Shown here: positions 8,088 to 18,000 of the stretch, in pieces
How the letters are laid out: the number at the start of each line of letters is the position of its first letter
Position numbering within the stretch: position 1 is the stretch's first letter
DNA from: a bacterium
Lineage (GTDB): Bacteria; Hinthialibacterota; Hinthialibacteria; Hinthialibacterales; Hinthialibacteraceae
DNA length: 25,723 nt
NCBI GenBank assembly: GCA_041946805.1
Contig: JBHGBC010000084.1
Coordinates: 1 to 25,723 of the forward strand
Reading direction: 5' to 3'
Made by a program: the position numbers and the translations under genes
The notes under the pieces: generated by a model
The model's database searches: none
The model's input: the letters and a program-made list of their open reading frames with translations, nothing else
What the model was told of the DNA's origin: nothing

Positions 8088-9074
8088 GTGACCGGGAACC
8101 TTGTACAGTTACGGACGGAAGACGAACTGCAACGGGTCGTTTTATTCTATCTGGAGCGCGTCATGGAGCAATTGGAGCATGGCAGCGTCCGGTTGGCGCG
8201 CCAAACCTGCGAGCGCTACCGGACTTTCTTCGCCACGCTGCTGAAAGCCAATCACCTGCAACGCATCGAGGCATCGGTATCGCAAGAGGAGGCCTGGACG
8301 CCTGAGAAAGAAGCCAAATTTTACGAACGGATGAAAAACGCCTGGGAATTCGGCGAACACAAAGTCGTTCATGACTGCGCCCGGGAAATTCTGCTTCACC
8401 ACCACCATGATTCCGATCCCTGCGCCCTGTGCGTCAAGGTCAACGAGATTCTGGTGATGAACAATGCCAAATACATCGAGCCCGACAGCATCGCCATCAA
8501 CACCTTCATCGACGCCAAGATCGACTTTATCGTCGAGAAGCGGAAATCCAATTCCCAAGCCAACAAAATCCTCCAGGGCAATCCGGGATTTTACCTGGAA
8601 GACGCCGTGGGCACGCGGTACCGCTGTTTTGTCAAGCAGGTGAACAACGTCAAGCCCGGCGACGTGCTGAAACTCAAGATCACGAACATCCCCGGCCTGG
8701 CCATCGCCACGCGCAACAACCAGGAACCCATCCTGTACCTGGAACCCCGCGTTGCGCCGGGCGAGTTGATCGAGATCGAACTGGTGAGCCTCTCCCATAC
8801 GGAAAACAGCTTCACGTTCCGCCACCACAGCTACGACGGATTTTTATGGTTCAAGCGCCGGGGCGTCAACAAGGCCATCTTCAACAAATCCACGCTGCGG
8901 CCGGGCGACCGGGTCATCGCCAAAGTGCTGTATACCACGGAAGAAGAAAAGCGGTCCGGCAACGGCAACATCACCCGGCTGGGGATCATCAAGGCGATTC
9001 CCGTACGCAAGGCCGGTCAGGAACAAAACCCGGAGGACAATCCAAATACCGGCGCTGCCAAAGCTCTAAACTGA
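8088..9074 (+). CDS. Hypothetical protein with C-terminal tandem OB-fold-like (TRAM/S1-like) repeats
   Basis: GTG start after the RBS AAGGAG; GC-rich third codon positions. Repeated PGD/PGE-beta motifs: CFVKQVNNVKPGDVLKLKIT, VAPGELIEIEL, DGFLW...LRPGDRVIAKVL. The gene call is solid; the fold is inferred. Confidence 0.75.
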   Translation: MTGNLVQLRTEDELQRVVLFYLERVMEQLEHGSVRLARQTCERYRTFFATLLKANHLQRIEASVSQEEAWTPEKEAKFYERMKNAWEFGEHKVVHDCAREILLHHHHDSDPCALCVKVNEILVMNNAKYIEPDSIAINTFIDAKIDFIVEKRKSNSQANKILQGNPGFYLEDAVGTRYRCFVKQVNNVKPGDVLKLKITNIPGLAIATRNNQEPILYLEPRVAPGELIEIELVSLSHTENSFTFRHHSYDGFLWFKRRGVNKAIFNKSTLRPGDRVIAKVLYTTEEEKRSGNGNITRLGIIKAIPVRKAGQEQNPEDNPNTGAAKALN

Positions 9075-10938
9075 GTAGAATCCATAAGTGATTGGTATAA
9101 TCACGTTTCCCGTCTTGATGATCCTTTATTATCTCCCGCACGCGCCGGGGGTGGAACAATCCCCGGCGCGTGACTGTGTTCTCCGAAGCCACATCCTCGA
9201 GCACTTCGCGTAATTCCCCCTTGAACCATTCGCCCACCGGCACGTCGAAGCCATGTTTCCGCCGCCGCACGATCGCATGGGGCAAACGGTCTTCGAAGGC
9301 TTTTTTCAAAATCCACTTGGTGGTTTTCCCACGCAACTTAACATGCGAGGGAAGAGAAAAACCATACTCCACCAACGTGTGATCGAGAAACGGAACCCGA
9401 ACTTCCAGCGAATGGATCATCGACATGCGGTCCACTTTGCGGAGCATGTCCGCCGCCAGGTTATGCCGCAGATCGACCCACAGCATCCGGTTCAATTCGT
9501 CCAGCCGCGGCATGGAGTCAAACAACTCCTTCCGCAACCGGGTGGGCTCCTCATAATTGATGGCTTCCCGGACTTCATCGCGCAGCATCGGGCCGCGGAG
9601 TTCGTCCTCGAAATGAATCGCCCACTTGAGATGCCGCGTGAACGGATCGGGATCGAGTCCCCGGAAAAATTTCTTGATCTGGCGTAGAAAATCCTTGGCC
9701 CGGTTGGCTCGGGATTCGGGAATCCGCGCCTCCAGCGTCCGGGACAGAAAGCTCAGCCACGTTTCCGGCATAAAAGAAAAGAAACGCCGGAAATATTCGG
9801 CCTGGTATTTCCGGTAGCCCGCGAAAACCTCGTCGCCGCCGTCTCCAGAGAGAACCACCTTGACATGGCCGGCCGCCAGGCGGGAGACAAAGTAAACCGG
9901 CAGGCACGATGAATCGGCCAACGGTTCATCGAGTTGCCAGGTGATGTCCTCCAGCGCCGTCAATAGGTCCCGGGGGGCAAGGCGCTTCTCATGGTGCTCC
10001 GTCTCGAACAGGCGGGCGATGGTCCGGGCGTGGGGGGTTTCGTCGAAGAGACTATGGCCTTCGAATCCAATCGCGAATGTCTTGAATCCGGGGCCGAGAT
10101 GATCGCGCATCAAGGCCACCAGAACGCTCGAATCGATCCCCCCCGATAAAAACGCGCCCACAGGCACGTCGGATAGCAAATGCTCCCGCACCACGTTCCG
10201 CAGGCGTTCGGCCAGTTCACGTTGGATATCCTGTTCATCCACTTCAGACAACGGGTGGATGGATTCCCGGGGATTCCAGTATGAGCGGATGGTGATTCTC
10301 CCATCCTGAAAAATCAACATTTCGCCCGCGCCCAACTGCCGGATTCCCTGGAACATCGTGTACGGATCGGGGGCGGAAAAGTAAGCCAGGAAGAGATTCA
10401 GCGCCTCCAGGTCAATCGCCCGCGGAACCACGGGATCGAGCAGGATCGGCTTGATTTCCGATCCGAAGCGCAGCGCCCGGCCATCGAAATGATAGTACAG
10501 CGGCTTGATGCCCAGCCGGTCCCGCGCCAGGATCAGCCGGCGGCGCGGGGCGTCCCACAACGCCAGGGCGAACATCCCCCGCGTGTGCTCCAGAAATGCG
10601 TCTCCGTACTGATGATATAAGTGCAAGAACGTTTCGGTGTCCGAGGCGGTCCGGTAACCGTATCCCTTGCCCTGCAGAGACCGCTTCAAATCCGGGTGGT
10701 TGTACAGCTCCCCGTTATAGGCAATCCAGAGCGCGCCGTCCTCCGAGGCCATGGGCATGTGGCCGTCACCCAGCCCGACGATGGACAGGCGGCGCGATCC
10801 GAGTCCCACGCCGCCGGCGCGGTACAGCCCCTCGTCATCCGGCCCCCGGTGCTGAATGATCCGTGTCATGGCCGCCAGGAGGCGTTCTTCCACCGGCTGG
10901 GTCGGATCCGTATAAACGATCCCGCAAATGCCACACAT
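8989..10938 (-). CDS. asnB: Asparagine synthase (glutamine-hydrolysing) family amidotransferase
   Basis: N-terminal MCGICG (Ntn nucleophile), HRGPDD, YNGELYN, SDTE, ARDRLGIKPLYY, FLSGGIDSS, LSGDGGDEVFAGY, SLEVRVPFLD. Confidence 0.95.
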   Translation of the reverse strand: MCGICGIVYTDPTQPVEERLLAAMTRIIQHRGPDDEGLYRAGGVGLGSRRLSIVGLGDGHMPMASEDGALWIAYNGELYNHPDLKRSLQGKGYGYRTASDTETFLHLYHQYGDAFLEHTRGMFALALWDAPRRRLILARDRLGIKPLYYHFDGRALRFGSEIKPILLDPVVPRAIDLEALNLFLAYFSAPDPYTMFQGIRQLGAGEMLIFQDGRITIRSYWNPRESIHPLSEVDEQDIQRELAERLRNVVREHLLSDVPVGAFLSGGIDSSVLVALMRDHLGPGFKTFAIGFEGHSLFDETPHARTIARLFETEHHEKRLAPRDLLTALEDITWQLDEPLADSSCLPVYFVSRLAAGHVKVVLSGDGGDEVFAGYRKYQAEYFRRFFSFMPETWLSFLSRTLEARIPESRANRAKDFLRQIKKFFRGLDPDPFTRHLKWAIHFEDELRGPMLRDEVREAINYEEPTRLRKELFDSMPRLDELNRMLWVDLRHNLAADMLRKVDRMSMIHSLEVRVPFLDHTLVEYGFSLPSHVKLRGKTTKWILKKAFEDRLPHAIVRRRKHGFDVPVGEWFKGELREVLEDVASENTVTRRGLFHPRRVREIIKDHQDGKRDYTNHLWILLSLELWQRRYLDCPPGFVPDRPCVRESP

Positions 10939-11167
10939 AAATATTCTTGATTCTATTGGAATGATGGATTTGATTAGTATGTACCGATTTATCGCATTAC
11001 GGAACCGATGAGAATGGTGGCAATTGCTCAGGGAGAGGGGAAAACCGTTGTTGCGCAGGTGTTTAGCCTTTTCATTCCTTATGTCCTTTGGGCCGTTGAG
11101 ATCATGGAATTCTCAACTTGCCCAGGGCTTCAGACCTGCGATAGAGCCGGGACCCATATCACCAATT

Positions 11168-11198
11168 CCCTCCCTCTGGGAGAGGGGTAGGGTGAGGG
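11168..11198. repeat. REP-like palindrome (CCCTCTCCC/GGGAGAGGG family)
   Basis: ccctccctctgggagaggggtagggtgaggg; same family as 4726-4758, 7712-7744, 13080-13112 and 21986-22017. Confidence 0.75.
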
Positions 11199-11310
11199 AA
11201 GCCCGGAAAGGGCGCCTTGGGGGCGTTTCATACAATCTATGAACCCGTTCCGTTTGGGTAATTTGATCTACGTTGGAAAAACTCAACAGAATCCAATCCA
11301 ACGAGGCCGC

Positions 11311-12063
11311 CTACCCCACTCCCCACATCCAAAAAATCAGTCCGCAGGCGCCCGAAGTGGCGATTTGGATCGTCAAATTATCCAGGCTGTGAAACGAAAC
11401 CGCTTCGACCAGGGTGGTGATCAAGGCCAGAACCAGGGAAGTGAGAAAGACAAAGGGAATGGAAACGTTAAATCCCACGGCAAACAAAACCAGACACCCG
11501 CTCAGGGACGCTAGAAAAACCGCCGCACTGCCTTCGAGGCTGCGGTGCGTTCCCATTCCCCGGAACGTGGGAACCCGGTAGGTATGCCTTCCCCATTTGG
11601 TCCCCACCGGCTCGCCGGCGGCGTCTCCCCAGCCGGCGGTGATGTAACCCACCACCGCGAATGGACCAAACAGGATATTGCTGACCATCCCTCCCAGGGC
11701 TGTCATCAACAAAGGCATAATGATACATAATTTTTCAAATGGATAATCGCCTGGGCGGGCCACCGCGAGGAACAACCGGCTTCGGGGTCCACGCCAGACC
11801 GCGTACACCACCACGGCTCCCACCGCCGCCCCGAATACTTGAACCTGAGGAAAGCCACCCAGCAGGCCCATCGCCCCGGCCAGGGTGAAGATGACGAAAT
11901 GAAACAGTTTTCGGGAATACCCCACAGGCCACTGCCACTGTACCCGGCCGTGGCCCGCCACCCATCCCGCGAGAATTCCCGCGGTCAATCCCAGGGGAAA
12001 AATCAGGATCCAATCCATCCAGGAGGGAAAAGTCCAGAGTGAGAACATGGGCGCCATCATCAC
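11311..12063 (-). CDS. CTP-dependent polyprenol kinase-like membrane protein (phytol/dolichol kinase, SEC59/DGK1/VTE5 family)
   Basis: SRKLFH, WGDAAGEPVGTKWG, RSLEGS and DNLTI motifs in a multi-TM protein. Its start overlaps the stop of the upstream gene (GTGA-TGATG). Confidence 0.8.
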   Translation of the reverse strand: MMMAPMFSLWTFPSWMDWILIFPLGLTAGILAGWVAGHGRVQWQWPVGYSRKLFHFVIFTLAGAMGLLGGFPQVQVFGAAVGAVVVYAVWRGPRSRLFLAVARPGDYPFEKLCIIMPLLMTALGGMVSNILFGPFAVVGYITAGWGDAAGEPVGTKWGRHTYRVPTFRGMGTHRSLEGSAAVFLASLSGCLVLFAVGFNVSIPFVFLTSLVLALITTLVEAVSFHSLDNLTIQIATSGACGLIFWMWGVG

Positions 12064-12845
12064 GGGTAAAATAGGTTGCCTCGTTTCTGAATCCGAATGG
12101 GAGTCTCGCCGGCCCTCTCCGGGCTACTCAGCCGGGATTGAATCACAGGCCAATCGCTGGCCGGTATCGAGGTTTGCTCATCCTTGACGCCCTTATCGGC
12201 CCGCAACCAGGTGGCATAGTCTCCGCAGTCGTTTTTTTCATAGGGAAACAGACACGCCTGGATGCCCGCGATGGCCAGCGCCATGCGGAACGGTTCGAAA
12301 GAATACCGGCAGATCACGAACAATCCCCGGGAAAACCGCCCCTTTTCCAGGGAGGGCAAAATCAGATCATATAGGATATCCCGCGCGGAGGTCATAATAT
12401 AAAAAACGCAGCCCGAAGCCAGGGAAAGCAAACCTATATCCTTGATCACACAAGATTTGCAACATGCGGGGATCTCCCGGACAGCAGCGCCCGGCTCCGG
12501 CTCCCGGTGAAGGTTCTGTTCCAAATAAAAACAGTTGTGATTGCCTCTTCCCGACACGCAACCGGGATGCAGGGGTTTCAGGCAAAAACCGACTCCGATG
12601 ACCCGTTGGCCATCCTTTTTTCCATTTACCCCCACTTTATCGAAATCGGATTGGTATTCGCCCGAAGCATCCGGATTCTCTAACCGCCGGTAGCGCCGGA
12701 TCCCGTGAAACGTCTGGACCGGATGCCGAAGGATGACGGATTTCATAAAATCCCGGCCGTATACCCGCAGGAGGCTGCGAAAGGAAAAATCCCAAATCCG
12801 CACTCCGAGAAAACGGTTCGCATCCAACCATTCCAATAGCTTCAT
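12060..12845 (-). CDS. Cys-rich hypothetical protein, DUF116-like
   Basis: Cys pattern FCLKP..CVSGRGNHNC...CCKSCVIKDI...FYIMTS...FVIC...NDC resembles DUF116. Start uncertain (12845, 12878 or 12896). Confidence 0.6.
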   Translation of the reverse strand: MKLLEWLDANRFLGVRIWDFSFRSLLRVYGRDFMKSVILRHPVQTFHGIRRYRRLENPDASGEYQSDFDKVGVNGKKDGQRVIGVGFCLKPLHPGCVSGRGNHNCFYLEQNLHREPEPGAAVREIPACCKSCVIKDIGLLSLASGCVFYIMTSARDILYDLILPSLEKGRFSRGLFVICRYSFEPFRMALAIAGIQACLFPYEKNDCGDYATWLRADKGVKDEQTSIPASDWPVIQSRLSSPERAGETPIRIQKRGNLFYP

Positions 12846-12991
12846 GGGACCGATTTCTCTCCCCCTTTCGACATTCATCCGGAACTCTCCATACAAAGTA
12901 CTTTATATTATAAAGCATAGTATGTCAAGTGATTTTCCACGTCCTTTGGAAACAGGCCCGTGTAATGAGAAGCACGGATGTCCGGTGAAAA

Positions 12992-13190
12992 AGCAGGGGC
13001 GCTCGGCAAAGTACTCCTACAGCTGTGGACAAAAGGTATTTTCGTATAATTGAAGGAATTATGCGATGCGAATGGCTTTCCCTCACCCTGACCCTCTCCG
13101 GGTGGGAGTGGGAACTGCTTACTCTTGTTTTATCCTTCCCAGGGCCTACACGTTGGGCTGTCCTCATGCCGCGCCGTTGGCGCTCAAAAG
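12992..13190. repeat. REP-like palindrome cluster between the divergent DUF116-like gene and glyQS
   Basis: gcaggggcgctcggcaaagtactcctacag (~12993-13022, CTAC-ended); ccctcaccctgaccctctccgggtgggagtggg (13080-13112); cccagggcc..ttgggct unit from ~13138. Confidence 0.6.
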
Positions 13191-13426
13191 CTGTACTGCA
13201 AACCGGTAGATAGTTACAAGAATTCATGGAACAGGAGTATTGGACTTTTTGATAGAATCCAAAACGGAATGGATTACGCATTGCGCGCTGATCCTTCCTT
13301 CGCTTCCCCCCTTCCGCGGTCCTCCAGCGCAGGGCGGTTTCGAGGTATAGTGATAGATTAATTTTCCCCACGGCCTGAACTGGGGCGGGAAAACGCGTTT
13401 TCAACCGACCGAAGAGGATGAAATTC

Positions 13427-14800
13427 ATGAGCGAGCCATCCGCAGTCCAACCCACGTTGAACGACATCGTCGCCCTGTGCAAGCGGCGGGGATTCATTTT
13501 CCCCTCCAGCGAGATCTACGGCGGATTCGCCGCCTCGTGGGACTACGGTCCGCTGGGCGTGGAAATGAAGAACTGCGTCAAGAGTCTGTGGTGGCAGGAT
13601 ACGGTCACCTCGCGCGACGACGTGGTGGGCATGGACGGCGCGGTGACCACCCATCCGCGGGTATGGGAAGCGTCGGGGCACGTCGAAGGATTCCACGATC
13701 CGATGGTGGATTGCAAGACCTGCGGCCACCGGTTCCGGGCCGACAAATTGGACGAGGATTGCTGCCCCCTCAAGCCCAGCAAGACGCCCCGGGAATGCGG
13801 CGGCGAACTGACTCAGCCGCGCGATTTCAACCTCATGTTCAAGCTGCACTGGGGGCCAGTGGAGGACTCGGCCAACATCACCTACCTGCGGCCGGAGACC
13901 TGCCAGACCATCTTCCCGAACTTCAAAAACGTGCTGACCGCCACACGCATGCGGGTGCCCTTCGGCATCGCCCAGATCGGCAAGTCGTTCCGCAACGAAA
14001 TCACCACCAAGGCGTTCATCTTCCGGCAGCGCGAGTTCGAGCAGATGGAACTGGAGTATTTCGTCCATCCCAGCGAGGGCGACAAGTGGTTCGAGTTCTG
14101 GCTCGACCGGCGGCGGCGCTGGTACCTTTCTCTGGGCGTGAGGGAAAGCAATCTGCGGATGCGGCAGCACGGCAAGGACGAACTGGCCCACTACGCCAAG
14201 GATTGCTACGACGTGGAGTTCAAGTTCCCCATGGGCTGGAGCGAGCTGGAGGGCATCGCCAACCGCACCGATTACGACCTGCGCCGGCATTCGGAATTCT
14301 CCAAAAAGGACCTTTCGTACCGGGACGACATCACGGGCGAGAAGTACATCCCCTGGGTGATCGAATCCTCGGCGGGGGTGGACCGCACCATCCTGGTGCT
14401 GCTCTCGGACGCATACGACATTGACCAGGCTCCCAACGACAAGGGCGAACTGGAAGAGCGGCTGGTGCTGCGCTTTTCACCCAAGGTCGCGCCGGTGACC
14501 GTGGCGGTGTTCCCCCTGTTCAAGAAACCCGGCCTCAGCGAACTGGCCCGGCAAATCGAACACAGCCTGCGCGGGCCCTACCGCACCGCCTACGACGAAT
14601 CGGGCAATATCGGCAAGCGCTACCGCCGCCAGGACGAGATCGGCACGCCGCTCTGCATCACCGTGGACTACGATTCGCTCGAAGATCACGCCGTCACCAT
14701 CCGCAACCGCGACACCATGCAGCAGATCCGGGTGTCCGTGGATCAGATCCACCAGGCCGTGGCGGATCAGTTGAAGGAGATGGAAAAACCGCGGGCGTAG
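13427..14800 (+). CDS. glyQS: Glycine--tRNA ligase, alpha2 (dimeric) type
   Basis: LCKRRGFIFPSSEIYGG, DYGPLG, WEASGH, YLRPETCQ, PFGIAQIGKSFRNEIT, REFEQMELE, IGKRYRRQDEIGTP. ATG 13427 follows the RBS GAGGA; alternative start 13418. Confidence 0.97.
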   Translation: MSEPSAVQPTLNDIVALCKRRGFIFPSSEIYGGFAASWDYGPLGVEMKNCVKSLWWQDTVTSRDDVVGMDGAVTTHPRVWEASGHVEGFHDPMVDCKTCGHRFRADKLDEDCCPLKPSKTPRECGGELTQPRDFNLMFKLHWGPVEDSANITYLRPETCQTIFPNFKNVLTATRMRVPFGIAQIGKSFRNEITTKAFIFRQREFEQMELEYFVHPSEGDKWFEFWLDRRRRWYLSLGVRESNLRMRQHGKDELAHYAKDCYDVEFKFPMGWSELEGIANRTDYDLRRHSEFSKKDLSYRDDITGEKYIPWVIESSAGVDRTILVLLSDAYDIDQAPNDKGELEERLVLRFSPKVAPVTVAVFPLFKKPGLSELARQIEHSLRGPYRTAYDESGNIGKRYRRQDEIGTPLCITVDYDSLEDHAVTIRNRDTMQQIRVSVDQIHQAVADQLKEMEKPRA

Positions 14801-14802
14801 AT

Positions 14803-15013
14803 TAAGGTGGGTGGATCAATCCGATCCGAGGGAGTATCAGGGGCGATCCCCCTGGCTCTCATAGAGTTGCCCCTACGCAGCGTCCGCAGGCAAGATGCCT
14901 GCACCACAAAAAAGGATCCAAAGGTCAAAAAATGCCGGGGCGGACACCTAGGTCCGCCCCTACATGATTCCCTCAGGGGTTTTGGTGGATTTCGCTCGCT
15001 CACCCCACCCTGC
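14803..15013. repeat. REP-like palindrome cluster between convergent genes
   Basis: aggggcga...ttgcccctac (14839-14876), gcaggca-aga-tgcctgcaccaca (14886-14908), ggggcggacacctaggtccgcccctac (14937-14963), ggtggatttcgctcgctcaccccaccctgc (14984-15013). Confidence 0.75.
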
Positions 15014-15028
15014 ATTTCTTAGCCATCC

Positions 15029-18000
15029 TTACTGCTTACCGATTTCTTCCAGAAACCGGGCCAGGGCATCGCGCCATTCGTACATGGGCGCCGGATCCTT
15101 GGTGTACTCCGTCATCGAGGCGATGATGGACGTGGGGATCTGAAGCAGTTCCTCCGCTTTTTGCCGTTGGGCATCGGTAAGATTACCAGCCTTCAATGCG
15201 TTCTCCACCAGTTTGAAGTATTCGTAATCCTCGAAGCCTTCGCGCAGCATTTCCCAGCGGATCGAATCCACCGGGCCGCAGATCCGTTTCTTCCCGTCGG
15301 TCCAGTTCTTGGGGGGATACAGGAAACGCCCGTCGCCATTGCCCCAGTAGCCGACGTATCCGGGCGGGTTGTCGTAGCCGGAGACGTAGCTCATCGGATC
15401 GCTCCAGGGATCCTGCCATTGCGGCGAGGGAAAGGCGGCGCCGCTGGTCCAGTAGTTGGATTGCCACACCAGACATCCCTGCACGTTGTAACGGTAGGTC
15501 ATCCACAGCCACAGGCGCATGTCCACGGCGGGATGGTCGATAAACAGGCCGGGGTAGGGCTGTTTGGGGCCGGTGCAGACGTACCACCAGAATTCCTCGC
15601 CCTGTTTCCGCCGTTCCTTGGCCCCTTCGGGATCGTATTGGTCAATAATCGCGCACCAGATATCCACGTGGCCGAGCAGTTCGGGTTCCGGCTGTTCGGT
15701 GAGGAAACGCTTCAAGCCCGGAGCGTTCCGCTTGATCATCTCCATGCCTTCCACCACGAATTCGTAATCCTTGGGATCCGGCTCGTCGAACCAATAGATA
15801 TAGGCCTTGTCCAGCCAGCCTTTCTCCTGGAGGTGCCGCTCGATGGTGGAGGCGTAATCCCGGAACAGGCGCTCGTGCTCCGGCGTGCCCTGTTCATAAT
15901 CGCCGATTTTCCCCTTGCGGCGGCTGTGGAAGGTCCCGCCGCCCATGCCTTCGAGGTCCAAACGCAGGCCAGTGAAGCCGAACTCGTCGAAATAGCGTTC
16001 GCCGGCCTTATCGAAGTCCGAGAAATCGAAGGCGTACTTGTCGGTCAACTCATACTTGATCGGATGCAACATCATGGGATCGTAAGGCGAGATGCGGTGA
16101 TCCCGGAAACTTTGGAGGTACAAATCGGTAACCTGGTCCACTTCCTCGCGGGATTCCAGATGATGGTATTGCCGCAGCAAACCGGGCGAGAACCCGAAGC
16201 CGCTGCGTACGCTGGAGATTTTGGGAATCGCGAAATCATAGACACGCAGTTGGAGCGGGACCTGGACGTTCCAATCCTCCGATTGAAAGCGGACTGCCCC
16301 CGTGTACATTCCCGCGCGGGCGTCCGGGGGAACGTGGACCACGATCCAGAAGGGATAGTTGCGCCCGGCGGCGAGGGCGAGCGGTTCCTCGGCCGGCGGA
16401 AGCGGATCGGGCCACCAGTCCACGCAGCCCCACGCGTCGGAAGGGCGGTGCACGTAAACATACTCCACCTGCTTGACCTGGATTGCCTCGGCGGGGATTT
16501 CGGCGCCCTCGGGGCCGCGCAAGGCCCCGGCCGCCGCCGTCATGCCCGAAACAGCCTTGTCGGGACGCAACACAACCTGCACCGGTTCGAATTCACCCCG
16601 CGCCGCCGAGAGCTCTGCCGCGTGGCCCTGCCGCCGGGGAACGGGGCGGATTTGCGATACCTTATACGTCGCGGGACACCACCAGACCGAGCCGATTGTT
16701 CCGGAATCGAGCCGTTCTCCATAATCGGCCGCATAGAGGAAGGGGACATCGAGGGTTAACTCGCCCCGGAAGATGTTTTCTTCCATCGATCGGAACACCT
16801 GAATATACACCTGATGCTGGCCGGTATCACTCACGGAATAGGGAATCCGGACGGTGGCGGTTTCTCCCGCGTTGACCGAAAACCGATGGATGAAAGCATC
16901 CTGGCTCGCGGGCCCGGATGTATCGATCCGCGCCGTGAACAGGCACTTTTCCTTGCCCGGATGCTCGACGGACATGACCAGCTCGGTATCGAGGCCGGGT
17001 TTGGGATCACCCACCTGCTCGATGACCACCCGGGCGGAGGGATCGCTGTCTGATACGCGGAGAAAGTACGTTTTGCCATCCAACGCGGGCAGCGGTTTTT
17101 CCAATGTGCCCTTCAGGCGGTATTGATCCACCTGGAAATTGCATCCCTGATCATCCGCCGCGCCTTCCAGGCGGATTTCGAGCCACGCCGCGGGAAGCAA
17201 GGCTTCGGGAAGCGCCAGGGTTTGGGTGTTCAGCTCGGAGAACGCGCCCAATTCCGTCCAGTCCGCTTTGTCACTCCACGCCGACACCCGGCAGACGCCC
17301 GCCGTGCGGTAGTTGAGATTCACCTCCACCGAGGCCTCCACCAGCCGGTTGTCAGGGATCTCATGCCGGTAGGTCACTTGCGCTTGCGTTCCGAACAGCA
17401 GCCGGCCGGTGTTGAATCCCGCCGAGGACGATTGCATGAATCGGCATCCGTTGCCGCCCGCCGCGTCCAAATCGTGGAGCGCCGTGTAGGCGGTATCCTG
17501 GACGCGCTCGCCCTGGCCCAGCATCAAGCCTTCCCGCCGGGTGAAAATGGGTTGCACGGGAACCAGGCCGGCCGCGTCGAAATACAAGGTTCCGTTCACA
17601 TGCCATTGCCCCAGGCGGAAACGGGCTTCGGTCTGATTCTCGGGAACGCGGAACACGGCCGTATAGCGTTTCCAATCATTTTCCAGCCGGATGTCCTGAT
17701 TCGCGAACGTGGGGCCGCTGACCGCCGAACCGCCCTGCGTCTCCGGGGATTTCTTCCCCCAGAAGGAGAACTCGTACCACGCCCCCGGTTGGACGGATAC
17801 CGGATCGGAAATCCAGGCGGCATCGTTGTCTCCATTGCCTTGTACAAGCACGCCGCGCGGGGAATCAAACCCCGGTTCCATCGCTTCACACCCTTCCGGG
17901 GGAGCGGTCCATCCCCGGGGGATGAACTTCCCGCCCTCGGCCTGGCCATCTTCGAATCCGGGATTGAGTATCGGAGGATTTCCCGATTCCGCCGCGAAGG

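Noticed and set aside
13200..13426. Possible T-box riboswitch upstream of glyQS
   Set aside because: No T-box consensus (GGTGGxACCGCG) or terminator/antiterminator pair is visible; there is only an imperfect hairpin near 13362-13393.
12925..13497. 190-aa minus-strand ORF, and small ORFs at 7315-7865 and 11008-11301
   Set aside because: They run through REP-like repeats (giving HPERVRVR or SLWERGRVR-type translations), and the 190-aa ORF overlaps the glyQS start; probably non-coding.
14803..15013. CRISPR array or tRNA in the repeat-rich spacers (also 7424-7905)
   Set aside because: The repeats differ in sequence, are irregularly spaced and have no cas genes nearby; no cloverleaf with a T-loop motif was seen.
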